From: an uncultured Methylophilaceae bacterium
GTDB lineage: Bacteria > Pseudomonadota > Gammaproteobacteria > Burkholderiales > Methylophilaceae
DNA length: 64,000 nt
NCBI GenBank assembly: GCA_964466895.1
Contig: CAYXOR010000002.1
Coordinates: forward strand, 20,914 to 84,913
Direction: 5' to 3'
The notes beneath the pieces are model-generated. The model had not been told where the DNA came from. It made no database searches and was given only the letters and a program-made list of their open reading frames with translations. Below are positions 36,991 through 47,260 of this stretch, piece after piece. Position 1 is the stretch's first letter; each line of letters opens with the position of its first letter. The translations under genes and the position numbers were made by a program.

Positions 36991-37731
36991 ATGTTCAGCA
37001 AAAGTAAAGAGATTATAAAAAAACTATTTAACGTTTTTGGCCTGCAATTAAATAAATTGAACGTCATCAATAATTCAGCATTTCAAACTGTGCAAGCATT
37101 AAAGGCGAACAACATTAATGTTGTTTTTGATATTGGGGCTAATATAGGCCAATTTTCTTGTGAGCTGCGAACATATGGATATAAAGGAAAAATAGTTTCT
37201 TTCGAGCCTTTGCCGCAAGCATATGAGGCGCTGAGAAAACAGGCACAGAAAGATGATAATTGGATTGTTCATCAACGCTGTGCAGTAGGTGCTACAGTAG
37301 GTAATATAGAAATAAATGTTGCTGGGAATTCAGTTAGCAGTTCTGTTTTACCTATGCTAGACAAACATGAGCAATCTGCGCCAGTATCAAAATACACACA
37401 TAAAGAGACTGTTTCACTTGTTACCTTGGATGAGGTTTTCAATAACTACTGCGATCAAAATGATAATGTTTTTTTAAAAATTGATACTCAAGGTTATGAA
37501 TGGGCTGTTTTAGAAGGGGCGAAGATGGCATTAAGACAATCTAAAGGGGTTTTGCTGGAGTTGTCATTAGTCCCTCTGTATGAAGGTCAAAAGCTATGGC
37601 GCGACTTGATTGATCATTTGATGATTACTAGGCATACTCTATATTCAATCCAGCCTGGCTTTACTGACCAAATGACAGGAGAAACTTTGCAAGTGGATGG
37701 TTTGTTTTTTAAAAATAATAATGACTTATAG
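36991..37731 (+). CDS. FkbM-family methyltransferase
   Basis: VVFDIGANIGQFS and FLKIDTQGYEWAVLEGA motifs. Confidence 0.85.
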   Translation: MFSKSKEIIKKLFNVFGLQLNKLNVINNSAFQTVQALKANNINVVFDIGANIGQFSCELRTYGYKGKIVSFEPLPQAYEALRKQAQKDDNWIVHQRCAVGATVGNIEINVAGNSVSSSVLPMLDKHEQSAPVSKYTHKETVSLVTLDEVFNNYCDQNDNVFLKIDTQGYEWAVLEGAKMALRQSKGVLLELSLVPLYEGQKLWRDLIDHLMITRHTLYSIQPGFTDQMTGETLQVDGLFFKNNNDL

Positions 37732-37753
37732 CAGTATAATTTTTTGAATTACC

Positions 37754-38503
37754 ATGGGCACTGACCTTCCTAAGATTGCTGTTATTGTTGCAGTATTTAA
37801 CGGTGTTGAGACCTTGCAGCAGTCTATTGACAGTATTGCAAATCAAAATTACTCCAATAAAGAACTTATCATTATTGATGGGGGGTCAACAGATGGCACG
37901 ATAGAGATGTTAAAGAGGAATAATAAAGATATTTCCTACTGGGTTTCTGAGCCAGATGGTGGAATATACGATGCTTGGAATAAAGGGTTGAAACATGTCT
38001 CTGGGAGTTGGGTGGCATTTTTAGGGGCGGATGATGTGTATTTGCCTGGCGCTTTACAAGCTTATGCTAGCTATTTGTTAGAGCGCCAAACTGAAAAGTT
38101 GGATTATATTTCTTCTAGAGTCAATTTAGTCGATAAAGGTCAGCTGATACGAACGATTGGTCAACCTTGGCATTGGCGTGTTTTCAGACGTTATATGAAT
38201 GTGGCTCACGTTGGTTCGTTACATAATATAGCACTTTATGAAAAATACGGCGTTTATGACATAAGCTATAAAATATGTGCGGATTATGAATTTCTGCTTA
38301 GGCCTAGGGATAAAATAAAAACAGGCTATTTAAGTGTGCCAACTGTCAATATGAGTATCGGAGGAGTTAGTGATGGAGCAGATGCATTAGAAGAGGCTAT
38401 GCGTGCAAAGGTAAGTAGTGGTGGCAGGAGTATTGTAATGTGTTATCTGGAAAGTCAGTTAGGGTGGCTTAAGTTATACCTAAGAAAATGCTTGTGGTAT
38501 TAA
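37754..38503 (+). CDS. Glycosyltransferase family 2 (WcaE-like size)
   Basis: IAVIVAVFNGVETLQQSIDSIANQNYSNKELIIIDGGSTDGT; GADD. Confidence 0.85.
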   Translation: MGTDLPKIAVIVAVFNGVETLQQSIDSIANQNYSNKELIIIDGGSTDGTIEMLKRNNKDISYWVSEPDGGIYDAWNKGLKHVSGSWVAFLGADDVYLPGALQAYASYLLERQTEKLDYISSRVNLVDKGQLIRTIGQPWHWRVFRRYMNVAHVGSLHNIALYEKYGVYDISYKICADYEFLLRPRDKIKTGYLSVPTVNMSIGGVSDGADALEEAMRAKVSSGGRSIVMCYLESQLGWLKLYLRKCLWY

Positions 38504-38537
38504 GTTAAACACAGAATATACAGTTAGGATTTACAGC

Positions 38538-39497
38538 TTGAAAAAATTAATTAAAAAAACATTGCCAATAATAGATGTGTTGTTATTTCTATTTGTTTTG
38601 CCAGCCGGATTTTTGTTAAAAGCCGTTAGAAAAGTAGGTGTAAATAACATGCCTTTTTGCAAAATGGTATTAATGAGAATAGGTGTTTTCCCTATTCTAA
38701 ATCATTACTATGAACCACTTTTTAATAGTGAAAATTTAAGATACTCACTTGACAAGCCTAGAGACTTACCAGGCCTTGATTGGAATGATGCTGAGCAGTT
38801 AAGTTTATTAGAAAAGTTTAATTACAATGAAGAGTTGGAAGAAATACCTTTATCTAAAATTAACGAACTTGATTTTTATATGAATAACCCATCTTTTGTC
38901 AGCGGAGATGCGGAATATTTTTATAACTTAATTAGATATAAAAAGCCTTCACGTATTTTCGAAATTGGTAGTGGTTATTCAACTTTGTTGGCAACGCAGG
39001 CGATAAACAAAAATATAGAGAAAAATCCATCCTATTTTTGCAAACATGTGTGTGTTGAGCCTTATGAAATGCCTTGGCTTGAAAAAACAAATGTCAAAGT
39101 GATACGTGAACAAGTAGAGACTGTAGATAAAAGTTTATTTTTAGAGTTGGAGGAGAATGACATTTTATTTATAGATTCATCACATGTTATTCGTCCACAA
39201 GGCGATGTTTTGTACGAATACTTAGAATTGCTGCCGTGTTTGAATAAAGGAGTAATCGTACATATTCATGATATTTTTTCTCCGCGTGATTATCTAAAGC
39301 AATGGGTAGTTGATGAAGTCAAGTTATGGAATGAGCAGTATATTTTAGAAGCATTTTTAAGCGGAAACCATGAGTGGAAAGTGATTGGAGCATTAAATTA
39401 TTTGCATCATAGCTACTATGATAAGTTAAAAAAAACCAGTCCCTTCTTAGTCAAAGAAAGAGAGCCCGGGTCATTTTATTTTCAAAAAGTTATTTAA
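38538..39497 (+). CDS. Class I SAM-dependent methyltransferase (Methyltransf_24-like)
   Basis: IFEIGSGYSTLLA motif I and ILFIDSSH. N-terminal hydrophobic segment. Confidence 0.65.
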   Translation: MKKLIKKTLPIIDVLLFLFVLPAGFLLKAVRKVGVNNMPFCKMVLMRIGVFPILNHYYEPLFNSENLRYSLDKPRDLPGLDWNDAEQLSLLEKFNYNEELEEIPLSKINELDFYMNNPSFVSGDAEYFYNLIRYKKPSRIFEIGSGYSTLLATQAINKNIEKNPSYFCKHVCVEPYEMPWLEKTNVKVIREQVETVDKSLFLELEENDILFIDSSHVIRPQGDVLYEYLELLPCLNKGVIVHIHDIFSPRDYLKQWVVDEVKLWNEQYILEAFLSGNHEWKVIGALNYLHHSYYDKLKKTSPFLVKEREPGSFYFQKVI

Positions 39498-39513
39498 TTT
39501 TGAAAACACTAAA

Positions 39514-40143
39514 TTGAATATATTAATGAATAATTCAGTGAGAAAAGTAGCTCAACAATATAGCCTCGGTGGAATGCTTAGACTTCTTCTTGATGTGCTT
39601 TATACCAAAGTCTTTGTTTGTAGTAAGGCTAGGGTAATAAGGCGCCCAGCATATATCCGTGGAAGCAAGTTTATTGATTATGGTAATGGCTTAACTACAG
39701 GGGTTGCAGTTCGGCTTGATGCATTCGAAAGCCAAGTCACGAAGGGAGCAACATTAATATTTGGTAATAACGTGCAGTTAAATGACTATGTACATATTGG
39801 AGCAGTTCAAGAAGTTAGGATTGGAAATAATGTGTTGATTGCAAGCAAAGTGTTCATATCAGATCACGGCCATGGTAGGTATGGTGATGGAAGTGTACAT
39901 GACTCACCTGACATTCCTCCTGCGTCAAGACCATTAAAAGTAAGTCCTGTAATAATTGAAGATAATGTTTGGATTGGTGAGCTTGTTTCGATTCTTCCAG
40001 GAGTGAAAATTGGCTATGGATCTGTGATTGGTGCTGGTTCAATAGTGACTAAAGATATTGCATCTAGAAGTGTTGCAGTTGGAAGTCCAGCTAAAGTTAT
40101 TCGAAGCTATAATGATAAAACTAAAAAGTGGATAAAAGTTTGA
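39514..40143 (+). CDS. Hexapeptide-repeat O-acetyltransferase (WbbJ/LacA-like)
   Basis: VWIGELVSILPGVKIGYGSVIGAGSIVTKDIASRSVAVGSPAKVIR. Confidence 0.85.
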   Translation: MNILMNNSVRKVAQQYSLGGMLRLLLDVLYTKVFVCSKARVIRRPAYIRGSKFIDYGNGLTTGVAVRLDAFESQVTKGATLIFGNNVQLNDYVHIGAVQEVRIGNNVLIASKVFISDHGHGRYGDGSVHDSPDIPPASRPLKVSPVIIEDNVWIGELVSILPGVKIGYGSVIGAGSIVTKDIASRSVAVGSPAKVIRSYNDKTKKWIKV

Positions 40144-41237
40144 CTAGCAAGCTTGTGGTTGTTTCAGCGGTTAATTTTAGTGAAGGTGGCCCACTAACAG
40201 TGCTAAGAGATTGTTTGCACTCAGCAGCTAATGAATTGCCCGAAGACTGGAAAATTGTTGCATTGGTACATAACAAGGCGCTCTTTGATGAGAGTCGAGT
40301 GCATTATAAAGAGTTTCCAAGTGCAAAACGCTCATGGTTGATACGCCTATATTATGAATGGTTTCATTTTTATGTTTTATCAAAAAAGTTGAAACCAGAC
40401 TTGTGGTTGTCTTTGCACGATATCACGCCAAATGTTTGTGCGACTAGAAGGGCAGTTTATTGTCACAACCCATCACCATTTTATAACTACCCATTTAAAG
40501 ACATATTGTTATCCCCAAAGTTATGGTTATTTAATAACTTTTACAAGTATTTATATGCAGTAAATATTGGTAAAAATAACTTTATTATTGTTCAACAAGA
40601 TTGGTTGAGGGAGAAATTTTTCGAATTGTTTGGCCATTTAAATATAGTCGTGGCGCACCCTAGCATGTCTTCAGGTGTCGTTTCTTTACCTTCTTTACCG
40701 GATTCAAATAAAACAGTTTTTTTATATCCAGCCTTTCCTAGAGTGTTTAAAAATTTTGAAGTGGTTTGTATAGCAATTGAGAAGCTTAAGTTGAGGTCAA
40801 TTAACGATTTTGAAGTTGTTTTTACTATAGATGGAAGTGAAAACAACTATAGTAGAAAGTTAAAAAAAAAATATGGGTATTTGCCAAATATTTCCTTCAT
40901 CGGACTTCAAAGCAAAAAGTCTATGGATGCCCTTTATCTTCAAGCTAAAGCGATTATATTTCCAAGTAAGATAGAGACTTGGGGTTTACCTATTACTGAG
41001 GCTAAAGCTTACAATAAGCATCTATTAGTTGCTGACTTGCCCTATGCTAAAGAAACAGTAGGGGATTATGATAAGGTGAGTTTTTTTAGCCCAAACGATG
41101 AAAAAAAACTATCTCAGTTAATGGAAGATGTCATTAAAGATGATATAAGTCATACTGGAAATGTAAAAAAAATGATTAAGCAACCCTTTTCAGAGTCTTG
41201 GGAGACGTTGTGGGCACAATTAACTGTAGAGCTTTGA
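40128..41237 (+). CDS. Glycosyltransferase family 4 (GT-B, GT1 clan)
   Basis: FPSKIETWGLPITEAKAY (EX7E motif); 369 aa. Contains an A10 tract at 40862-40871. Confidence 0.75.
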   Translation: MDKSLTSKLVVVSAVNFSEGGPLTVLRDCLHSAANELPEDWKIVALVHNKALFDESRVHYKEFPSAKRSWLIRLYYEWFHFYVLSKKLKPDLWLSLHDITPNVCATRRAVYCHNPSPFYNYPFKDILLSPKLWLFNNFYKYLYAVNIGKNNFIIVQQDWLREKFFELFGHLNIVVAHPSMSSGVVSLPSLPDSNKTVFLYPAFPRVFKNFEVVCIAIEKLKLRSINDFEVVFTIDGSENNYSRKLKKKYGYLPNISFIGLQSKKSMDALYLQAKAIIFPSKIETWGLPITEAKAYNKHLLVADLPYAKETVGDYDKVSFFSPNDEKKLSQLMEDVIKDDISHTGNVKKMIKQPFSESWETLWAQLTVEL

Positions 41238-41269
41238 GATTTCAATCGTTTAAATATAAGGAATGTTGA

Positions 41270-42172
41270 TTGCATACACCAAATATTGTAGTCCTGATGG
41301 CCACTTATAACGGACTTGAATGGATAGCAGAACAAATAGAGTCTATACAAAATCAGGTTGGTGTGAAAATAAGTCTTTATTGCTCAGATGATCAATCAAC
41401 AGATGGCACTAAAGAATTTATTAAGAAGCTGAAAAGTAACAAGATTGAAGTTGTGCTTTTGCCAGAAAAAGTAAGGTTTGGTAGTGCAGGTGCGAACTTT
41501 CTAAGGCTATTGCAAGATGTGGATGTGTCTAAATTTGATTATGTTGCATTCTCAGACCAAGATGACATTTGGGTTGATAGTAAGTTATCTAATGCTATTA
41601 ATGCAATTAAATTGAATGCAGTGGATGGGTATTCAGGTAATGTAACTGCATTTTGGTCTAAGGGTATGAAAAAAATAATATATAAATCTCAGGCTCAGCA
41701 AAAATATGATTACATGTTTGAATCAGCAGGGCCTGGATGCTCATTTGTTTTTACGCAAAAGTTAGCAATTGAGCTGCAACGATTTTTGTCTTCAAATCAA
41801 GAGAAATGTAAAGCGGTAGCACTTCACGATTGGTTTACTTATGCATATGCAAGATCTCACATGTATAAGTGGTTTATTGATAGAGAGCCATATGTATTAT
41901 ATCGGCAGCATGAAGAAAACGTACTAGGAGCTAATGCCGGGTTAAAAGCAAAAATAAGTCGGTGGGGAAAAATGCGGCAAGGTTGGCATAGAAATCAAGC
42001 ATTACTTTTTGGAAACTTATTTGGGTATGAAGATATGTTTCCAATTACAGCATTGAAGCGCTATCACTTATGGGATAGGTTAACTTTGATTGTTAATATT
42101 AGAAAATTCCGTAGAAGCTTCCGTGACGCTTTAGCGCTTGCTTTGTTTTTTATGGTTACACCGAAAAAATGA
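41270..42172 (+). CDS. Glycosyltransferase family 2 (rhamnosyltransferase-like)
   Basis: IVVLMATYNGLEWIAEQIESIQNQ...CSDDQSTDGT; FSDQDDIW. Confidence 0.8.
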   Translation: MHTPNIVVLMATYNGLEWIAEQIESIQNQVGVKISLYCSDDQSTDGTKEFIKKLKSNKIEVVLLPEKVRFGSAGANFLRLLQDVDVSKFDYVAFSDQDDIWVDSKLSNAINAIKLNAVDGYSGNVTAFWSKGMKKIIYKSQAQQKYDYMFESAGPGCSFVFTQKLAIELQRFLSSNQEKCKAVALHDWFTYAYARSHMYKWFIDREPYVLYRQHEENVLGANAGLKAKISRWGKMRQGWHRNQALLFGNLFGYEDMFPITALKRYHLWDRLTLIVNIRKFRRSFRDALALALFFMVTPKK

Positions 42173-43104
42173 AAGTTTTAGTTACTGGAGCAAGTGGTTT
42201 TGTTGGGAGGCAACTAATCGGCACACTAGTTAAAAATGGCGTAAAAGTTAGCGCTATTGTTAGGACCCCTGCTGAGCAGTTAAAAAACATTAAATTATTT
42301 GTAAAAGAATTAGATGCTTTAACAAATTTGCAAGATGCTTTAAATGGTGTTGATATAGTTGTTCATTTGGCCGGCCGCGCGCATGTGATGAATGAGGATG
42401 TGTTAGACCCATATAAAGCTTATGCGGAAATCAATATCGATGCTACAAGAAACTTAGCTGAGCAGGCCGCTGCAAGTAATGTTAAAAGATTTGTATTTTT
42501 AAGTTCTATAAAAGTGAATGGTGAGCAAGTTGATGATAAGGCTTTTACTGAATTAAGCACACCACACCCGGAAGACGATTATGCCAAGACTAAATATGAG
42601 GCGGAATTGCTTTTAAAAAAAATTGCGGTAGCTACAGATATGGAGGTGGTCATTATTAGGCCGCCTTTAATTTATGGCAAGGGCGTAAAAGCTAATTTTA
42701 AAAGCTTAATTAAACTGAGTCGATTAAATATACCACTACCTTTTGGCGCAATTAATAATAAGAGAAGTATGGTTTATATCGAAAATATAGTTGATTTCAT
42801 TGTGCTTTGTATGCAGCACCCAAAGGCAGCTAATGAAACTTTTTTAATTTCTGATGATGAAGACATCTCTACCACGAGCTTAGTCAATAATATACGCGAG
42901 GCTAGCAAGATGAAAACCATGTTGATTCCTATTCCTCAAAAGGCACTTGTTTTTATTTTTAAGGTATTAGGTAAAGCGGCGCTGGCTGTTAGACTGTGTG
43001 GAAGTTTGCAGGTGGATATCACTAAAGCGAAAACGCTCTTAGAATGGAGGCCGCCATATAGTTTCAAACAGGGCATTGTTAAAACCATCGTGCGAGAAAT
43101 TTAA
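42169..43104 (+). CDS. NAD-dependent epimerase/dehydratase-family enzyme (WbpV/WreQ-like 4-ketoreductase or 4-epimerase)
   Basis: MKVLVTGASGFVGRQL Rossmann motif and YAKTKYEAE (YxxxK). ATGA overlap upstream. Confidence 0.8.
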   Translation: MKVLVTGASGFVGRQLIGTLVKNGVKVSAIVRTPAEQLKNIKLFVKELDALTNLQDALNGVDIVVHLAGRAHVMNEDVLDPYKAYAEINIDATRNLAEQAAASNVKRFVFLSSIKVNGEQVDDKAFTELSTPHPEDDYAKTKYEAELLLKKIAVATDMEVVIIRPPLIYGKGVKANFKSLIKLSRLNIPLPFGAINNKRSMVYIENIVDFIVLCMQHPKAANETFLISDDEDISTTSLVNNIREASKMKTMLIPIPQKALVFIFKVLGKAALAVRLCGSLQVDITKAKTLLEWRPPYSFKQGIVKTIVREI

Positions 43105-43108
43105 AAAC

Positions 43109-43681
43109 ATGCTTAAACGATTTTTTGATATCACGCTCATTTTACTTGCTTCATTAATATTTGCACCATTAGCGATACTTGTTTTTATTTTAGTTAAAAG
43201 TACATCAAGTGGTGATGCCCTATATTGGAGTAAGCGAGTAGGTATTAACAATAATCTATTTAATATGCCGAAATTTCGTTCCATGAAAGTGGATACTCCC
43301 GCATTAGCAACGCATCTCATGAATAAGCAAGCAGATGCCAAGCAATATTTAACATCTGTAGGTAGTTTTTTGCGCAAAACTAGTTTAGATGAAATACCTC
43401 AGCTTTGGAGCGTGTTAAAAGGTGATATGTCTGTAGTAGGGCCACGTCCTGCGCTGTTTAATCAAGATGACCTTATTGCACTTAGAACAGAGTGCGGTGT
43501 TCACAAAATGAAGCCTGGTATTACAGGATGGGCGCAAGTGAATGGCCGAGATGAAATACCTATTCCTCAAAAAATAGCGCTAGATAAGTACTATTTAGAA
43601 CAGCATTCAATTTTATTTGATTGCTATATTGTGATACTTACCCTTATAAAGGTAGTCAAACGCAACAATGTGTCACATTGA
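43109..43681 (+). CDS. Small monotopic phosphoglycosyltransferase (PglC/WreU/WbpL-type bacterial sugar transferase)
   Basis: MLKRFFDITLILLASLIFAPL re-entrant helix, then LDEIPQLWSVLKGDMSVVGPRP. About 190 aa from ATG 43109. Confidence 0.9.
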   Translation: MLKRFFDITLILLASLIFAPLAILVFILVKSTSSGDALYWSKRVGINNNLFNMPKFRSMKVDTPALATHLMNKQADAKQYLTSVGSFLRKTSLDEIPQLWSVLKGDMSVVGPRPALFNQDDLIALRTECGVHKMKPGITGWAQVNGRDEIPIPQKIALDKYYLEQHSILFDCYIVILTLIKVVKRNNVSH

Positions 43682-43749
43682 ATGAATATTAAAGTTAACC
43701 TTAAATTTAGGTAAAATACATTGTGCACACGAATAAAAACATTTAATTT

Positions 43750-45642
43750 ATGCCTACTATGCATTTTCTATACAATCCGCGTTCTTTACTAGCTTTATTG
43801 CATGATGTCTTTATGGCCGCCGCCGCATGGTTTCTTGCCTATTGGCTAAGATTTAATTTTAATATTCCAGAAATATTTGTTTCTTCTTTATTGTTGAATT
43901 TGGTTTGGGTGCTTCCTTTACAAGTTTTTTTATTTTTTACATTTGGTCTTTATCAAGGTGTTTGGCGTTTTGCTAGTACACCAGACCTTAAGCGTATCCT
44001 AAAGGCTGTAGGCATAAGCATATTGTTGATAGCCTCAATTTATCTAATGTTCAAACCATTTGGTGTCATACCAAGGTCTGTATTGATATTAGATCCCGTT
44101 TTTTTGATATTACTTATGGGGGCTAGTCGATTTGCATACCGTGCTTGGAAAGAGCACCATTTATATGGCCAGATGGGGAATAAAGGCAAGCCAGTTATTG
44201 TATTAGGTGCTGGCGATGCAGCCATCACATTAGTTAAAGACTTAGCTCGTAGCGAAGCATGGCAAGTGGTTGGGTTGCTTGATGATGATAAAGCCATTCA
44301 TGGTAGACAGCTATTAGACGTAAAGGTATTAGGGAGTATAAATGATTTGCCTAGCTTGGCACCTAAATACCAAGTTAAGCATGTAATCGTAGCCATGCCA
44401 TCTGTTGCACATCAGGCTCGCCGTCTGGCAGTAGAAATTGCCAATCAAAGTAATATGGAGGTACTTACAGTCCCTGCGTTTGATGATTTAATGAGCGGTA
44501 AAGTGAGTATTTCGCAAATCCGTAAAATTGAAGTAGAAGATTTGCTAGGGCGTGAACCTGTGCAGCTAGACAATTTAGGCTTACATGATTTAATTGAAAA
44601 TAATGCTGTGCTTGTGAGTGGTGCCGGTGGTTCAATTGGTTCTGAGTTGTGTCGGCAAATCGTCAAATACCAGCCTAGCCATTTAATTTGCTTAGATGTT
44701 TCGGAGTTTTCTCTATATCAGATCGAGCAAGAATTTAGTAATGCTGAATTAAATAAAAAAATAGAAATCACTTATATTGCTTCTGATGTAAAAAATAGTA
44801 AGCGAGTAGCAGCAATTTTAAAGAAATATCGTCCTTCTGCTGTTTTCCATGCGGCTGCATATAAGCATGTGCCATTGATGGAAAATAACAATGTGGCAGA
44901 AGCGCTATCTAATAATGTGGTTGGTACTTATGTAATGGCCAATGCATGTAAGGAGGCTGGTGTCGATAAATTTGTATTAATATCGACTGATAAGGCAGTT
45001 AACCCAACCAATGTAATGGGCGCTAGCAAGCGTTTGGCTGAGATGGTTTGCCAAGGCTTGCAAGATGAAAGCGGAACGAAGTTTGTGGTAGTAAGGTTTG
45101 GTAATGTGCTAGGGAGCAGCGGTAGCGTCATACCAAAGTTCCGTGAACAAATAGCGAAAGGTGGGCCAGTAACGATTACGCACCCTGAAATCACACGCTT
45201 TTTCATGTCAATCCCTGAGGCCGCTCAATTGGTGATGCAAGCTGGTGTCATGGGCACAGGTGCCGAGATATTTGTGTTAGACATGGGGGAGGCTGTTAAA
45301 ATAGCTGATCTTGCTCAAGACATGATTCGTTTGTCAGGCCTGCAACAAGAAGATATTGAAATTGTATATACTGGTTTGCGACCTGGTGAAAAATTATATG
45401 AAGAATTGCTTGCAGATGACGAACATACACTTCCAACGCCTCATGAAAAGCTACGTATAGCGGTTGCCCGTTCTGTTGATATTTTGTGGGTAAAAAAACT
45501 TTTGAAATGGATTGAATCAATTCAAAGTTCAGATGAGCAGCTGATTAAAGAGGGCCTGAAAACTTGGGTTGAAGAGTATGAAGTTGATTTGAATCGTAAC
45601 ATGCAAGCAAACTTAAGTCCTGAAACAACTACAATACATTAG
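43750..45642 (+). CDS. Membrane-bound CapD/WbpM/PglF-type UDP-GlcNAc 4,6-dehydratase
   Basis: Four N-terminal TM helices, [12 protein letters not shown] and [21 protein letters not shown]; 630 aa. Confidence 0.9.
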   Translation: MPTMHFLYNPRSLLALLHDVFMAAAAWFLAYWLRFNFNIPEIFVSSLLLNLVWVLPLQVFLFFTFGLYQGVWRFASTPDLKRILKAVGISILLIASIYLMFKPFGVIPRSVLILDPVFLILLMGASRFAYRAWKEHHLYGQMGNKGKPVIVLGAGDAAITLVKDLARSEAWQVVGLLDDDKAIHGRQLLDVKVLGSINDLPSLAPKYQVKHVIVAMPSVAHQARRLAVEIANQSNMEVLTVPAFDDLMSGKVSISQIRKIEVEDLLGREPVQLDNLGLHDLIENNAVLVSGAGGSIGSELCRQIVKYQPSHLICLDVSEFSLYQIEQEFSNAELNKKIEITYIASDVKNSKRVAAILKKYRPSAVFHAAAYKHVPLMENNNVAEALSNNVVGTYVMANACKEAGVDKFVLISTDKAVNPTNVMGASKRLAEMVCQGLQDESGTKFVVVRFGNVLGSSGSVIPKFREQIAKGGPVTITHPEITRFFMSIPEAAQLVMQAGVMGTGAEIFVLDMGEAVKIADLAQDMIRLSGLQQEDIEIVYTGLRPGEKLYEELLADDEHTLPTPHEKLRIAVARSVDILWVKKLLKWIESIQSSDEQLIKEGLKTWVEEYEVDLNRNMQANLSPETTTIH

Positions 45643-45649
45643 AGGTTAC

Positions 45650-46519
45650 ATGAACAAAATTATAAAAGCTGTATTTCCCGTTGCGGGGTTAGGAACAAGG
45701 TTTTTACCTGCAACAAAGGCTAGCCCCAAAGAAATGCTACCCATTGTCGATAAGCCTTTAATCCAATATGCTGCTGAAGAAGCAATAGCAGGGGGCGCAA
45801 CAGAATTGATATTTATTACAGGACGTAATAAGCGGTCAATAGAAGACCATTTCGATGAAGCAAGCGAGTTAGAGGCTGCACTAGAAGCTGGTGGGAAAAA
45901 AGAAATGTTGGCAGTGCTAAAAGACATTCTGCCTTCTCATGTTTCTTGTATATTTATCCGACAACCAAAGGCATTGGGGCTTGGCCACGCAGTGTTATGC
46001 GCTAAACCAGTGGTAGGGGATGCGCCATTTTCTGTTATTTTGGCTGATGATTTAATTGATGCTGATATTTCTGTAACGAAGCAGATGGCAGATGTTTATA
46101 TTGCCAATAGATGTTCGGTATTGGGCGTGGAAGATGTCTTGCCAAGCGAAACTGCTAGTTATGGCATCGTCGATGCAGAAGCGTTGGCTACAGGGCTGTT
46201 AAAAGTTAATAGTATTGTCGAGAAGCCAAAGCCAGCCGAAGCGCCATCAACCTTGGCGGTGGTAGGGCGCTACGTTTTGACGGCGAAGATATTTGATTGT
46301 TTAGAGAAAGTGAAGCCTGGTAAGGGTGGGGAAATACAATTGACTGATGGCATTGCTGATTTAATCTTGACAGAAGAAGTGTTGGCTTATCGGTTTTCTG
46401 GTAAGCGGTTTGATTGTGGAAGTAAGCTAGGCTTTATGAAGGCTAATGTTGAATTAGGCTTAAAGCACCCTGAGCTAGCGAAAGACTTTGCGAAATATTT
46501 GCAGCATTTAGCAAAATAA
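45650..46519 (+). CDS. galU: UTP--glucose-1-phosphate uridylyltransferase
   Basis: [34 protein letters not shown] and VEKP motifs. Confidence 0.95.
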   Translation: MNKIIKAVFPVAGLGTRFLPATKASPKEMLPIVDKPLIQYAAEEAIAGGATELIFITGRNKRSIEDHFDEASELEAALEAGGKKEMLAVLKDILPSHVSCIFIRQPKALGLGHAVLCAKPVVGDAPFSVILADDLIDADISVTKQMADVYIANRCSVLGVEDVLPSETASYGIVDAEALATGLLKVNSIVEKPKPAEAPSTLAVVGRYVLTAKIFDCLEKVKPGKGGEIQLTDGIADLILTEEVLAYRFSGKRFDCGSKLGFMKANVELGLKHPELAKDFAKYLQHLAK

Positions 46520-46526
46520 TTACACT

Positions 46527-47072
46527 GTGCAAAAGACTAGCCCACATCAGTATTTGCATGAGGCCGAACTTTTGTACAGCCAAGAAGAAGTAGAAGATGT
46601 CGTTTCTGGCATTGCTAATCAATTAAACGAAGATTATGTCAATGAGTCACCCATAGTTTTGTGTGTAATGAGTGGTGCTGTCGTTTTTACGGGCATGTTA
46701 CTTCCAAAGTTAACTTTTCCATTGGAATTTGATTATGTGCAGGCAACTCGATACCACAGTGGTATTGCAGGTTCCAATCTTCATTGGATAGTAAAGCCAA
46801 AGGCCAATATTAAAAATAGAAACATCTTGATTTTGGATGATATTTTGGATGAAGGTGTTACTTTAAACGCAATAGTAGAAGAGTGTCAGCTGCTGGGTGC
46901 TAATGTAGTAAAAATTGCTGTCTTAGTTAATAAAAAATTAAATAAAAGCAAACCAATTTCAGCAGATTATATCGGTGTTACAGTTTTAAACCGATATGTT
47001 TTTGGATGTGGTATGGATGTTTACGGATGGTGGAGAAATTTGCCAGCTATCTACGCGCTAAAAAATACCTAA
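46527..47072 (+). CDS. hpt: Hypoxanthine-guanine phosphoribosyltransferase
   Basis: PRPP-binding motif NILILDDILDEGVTL; 181 aa. Confidence 0.85.
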   Translation: MQKTSPHQYLHEAELLYSQEEVEDVVSGIANQLNEDYVNESPIVLCVMSGAVVFTGMLLPKLTFPLEFDYVQATRYHSGIAGSNLHWIVKPKANIKNRNILILDDILDEGVTLNAIVEECQLLGANVVKIAVLVNKKLNKSKPISADYIGVTVLNRYVFGCGMDVYGWWRNLPAIYALKNT

Positions 47073-47260
47073 TTTAGGTTATTGTATTTTTCTCCTCCTC
47101 TATTTACTATTAACTCAGAAAGAACATGTTAATAGAAGTGTCATTATCTCGACGCTGTTGTCAGTTGATGGTCTTTTATTTTCAATGTTATAGGTAATGT
47201 ATATTACTTAAGCATTTGATTTTCATGCTATTTATTAATTAATAAAATCTGGTATCAATT

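Noticed and set aside
8244-46519. Locus A as a complete pgl-type general protein glycosylation system.
   Set aside because: PglC/PglF/PglE/PglD/PglK-like components are present. However, no oligosaccharyltransferase (PglB, PglL/PilO) or O-antigen ligase is visible in the window. The idea is kept only as a possibility under the ABC exporter finding.
47231-47246. 16-bp perfect palindrome TTTATTAATTAATAAA upstream of the EpsA-like regulator gene.
   Set aside because: It is composed only of A/T within a very AT-rich 190-nt spacer, where such palindromes arise readily by chance. It may simply be promoter or UP-element sequence, so it does not stand as a separate site.
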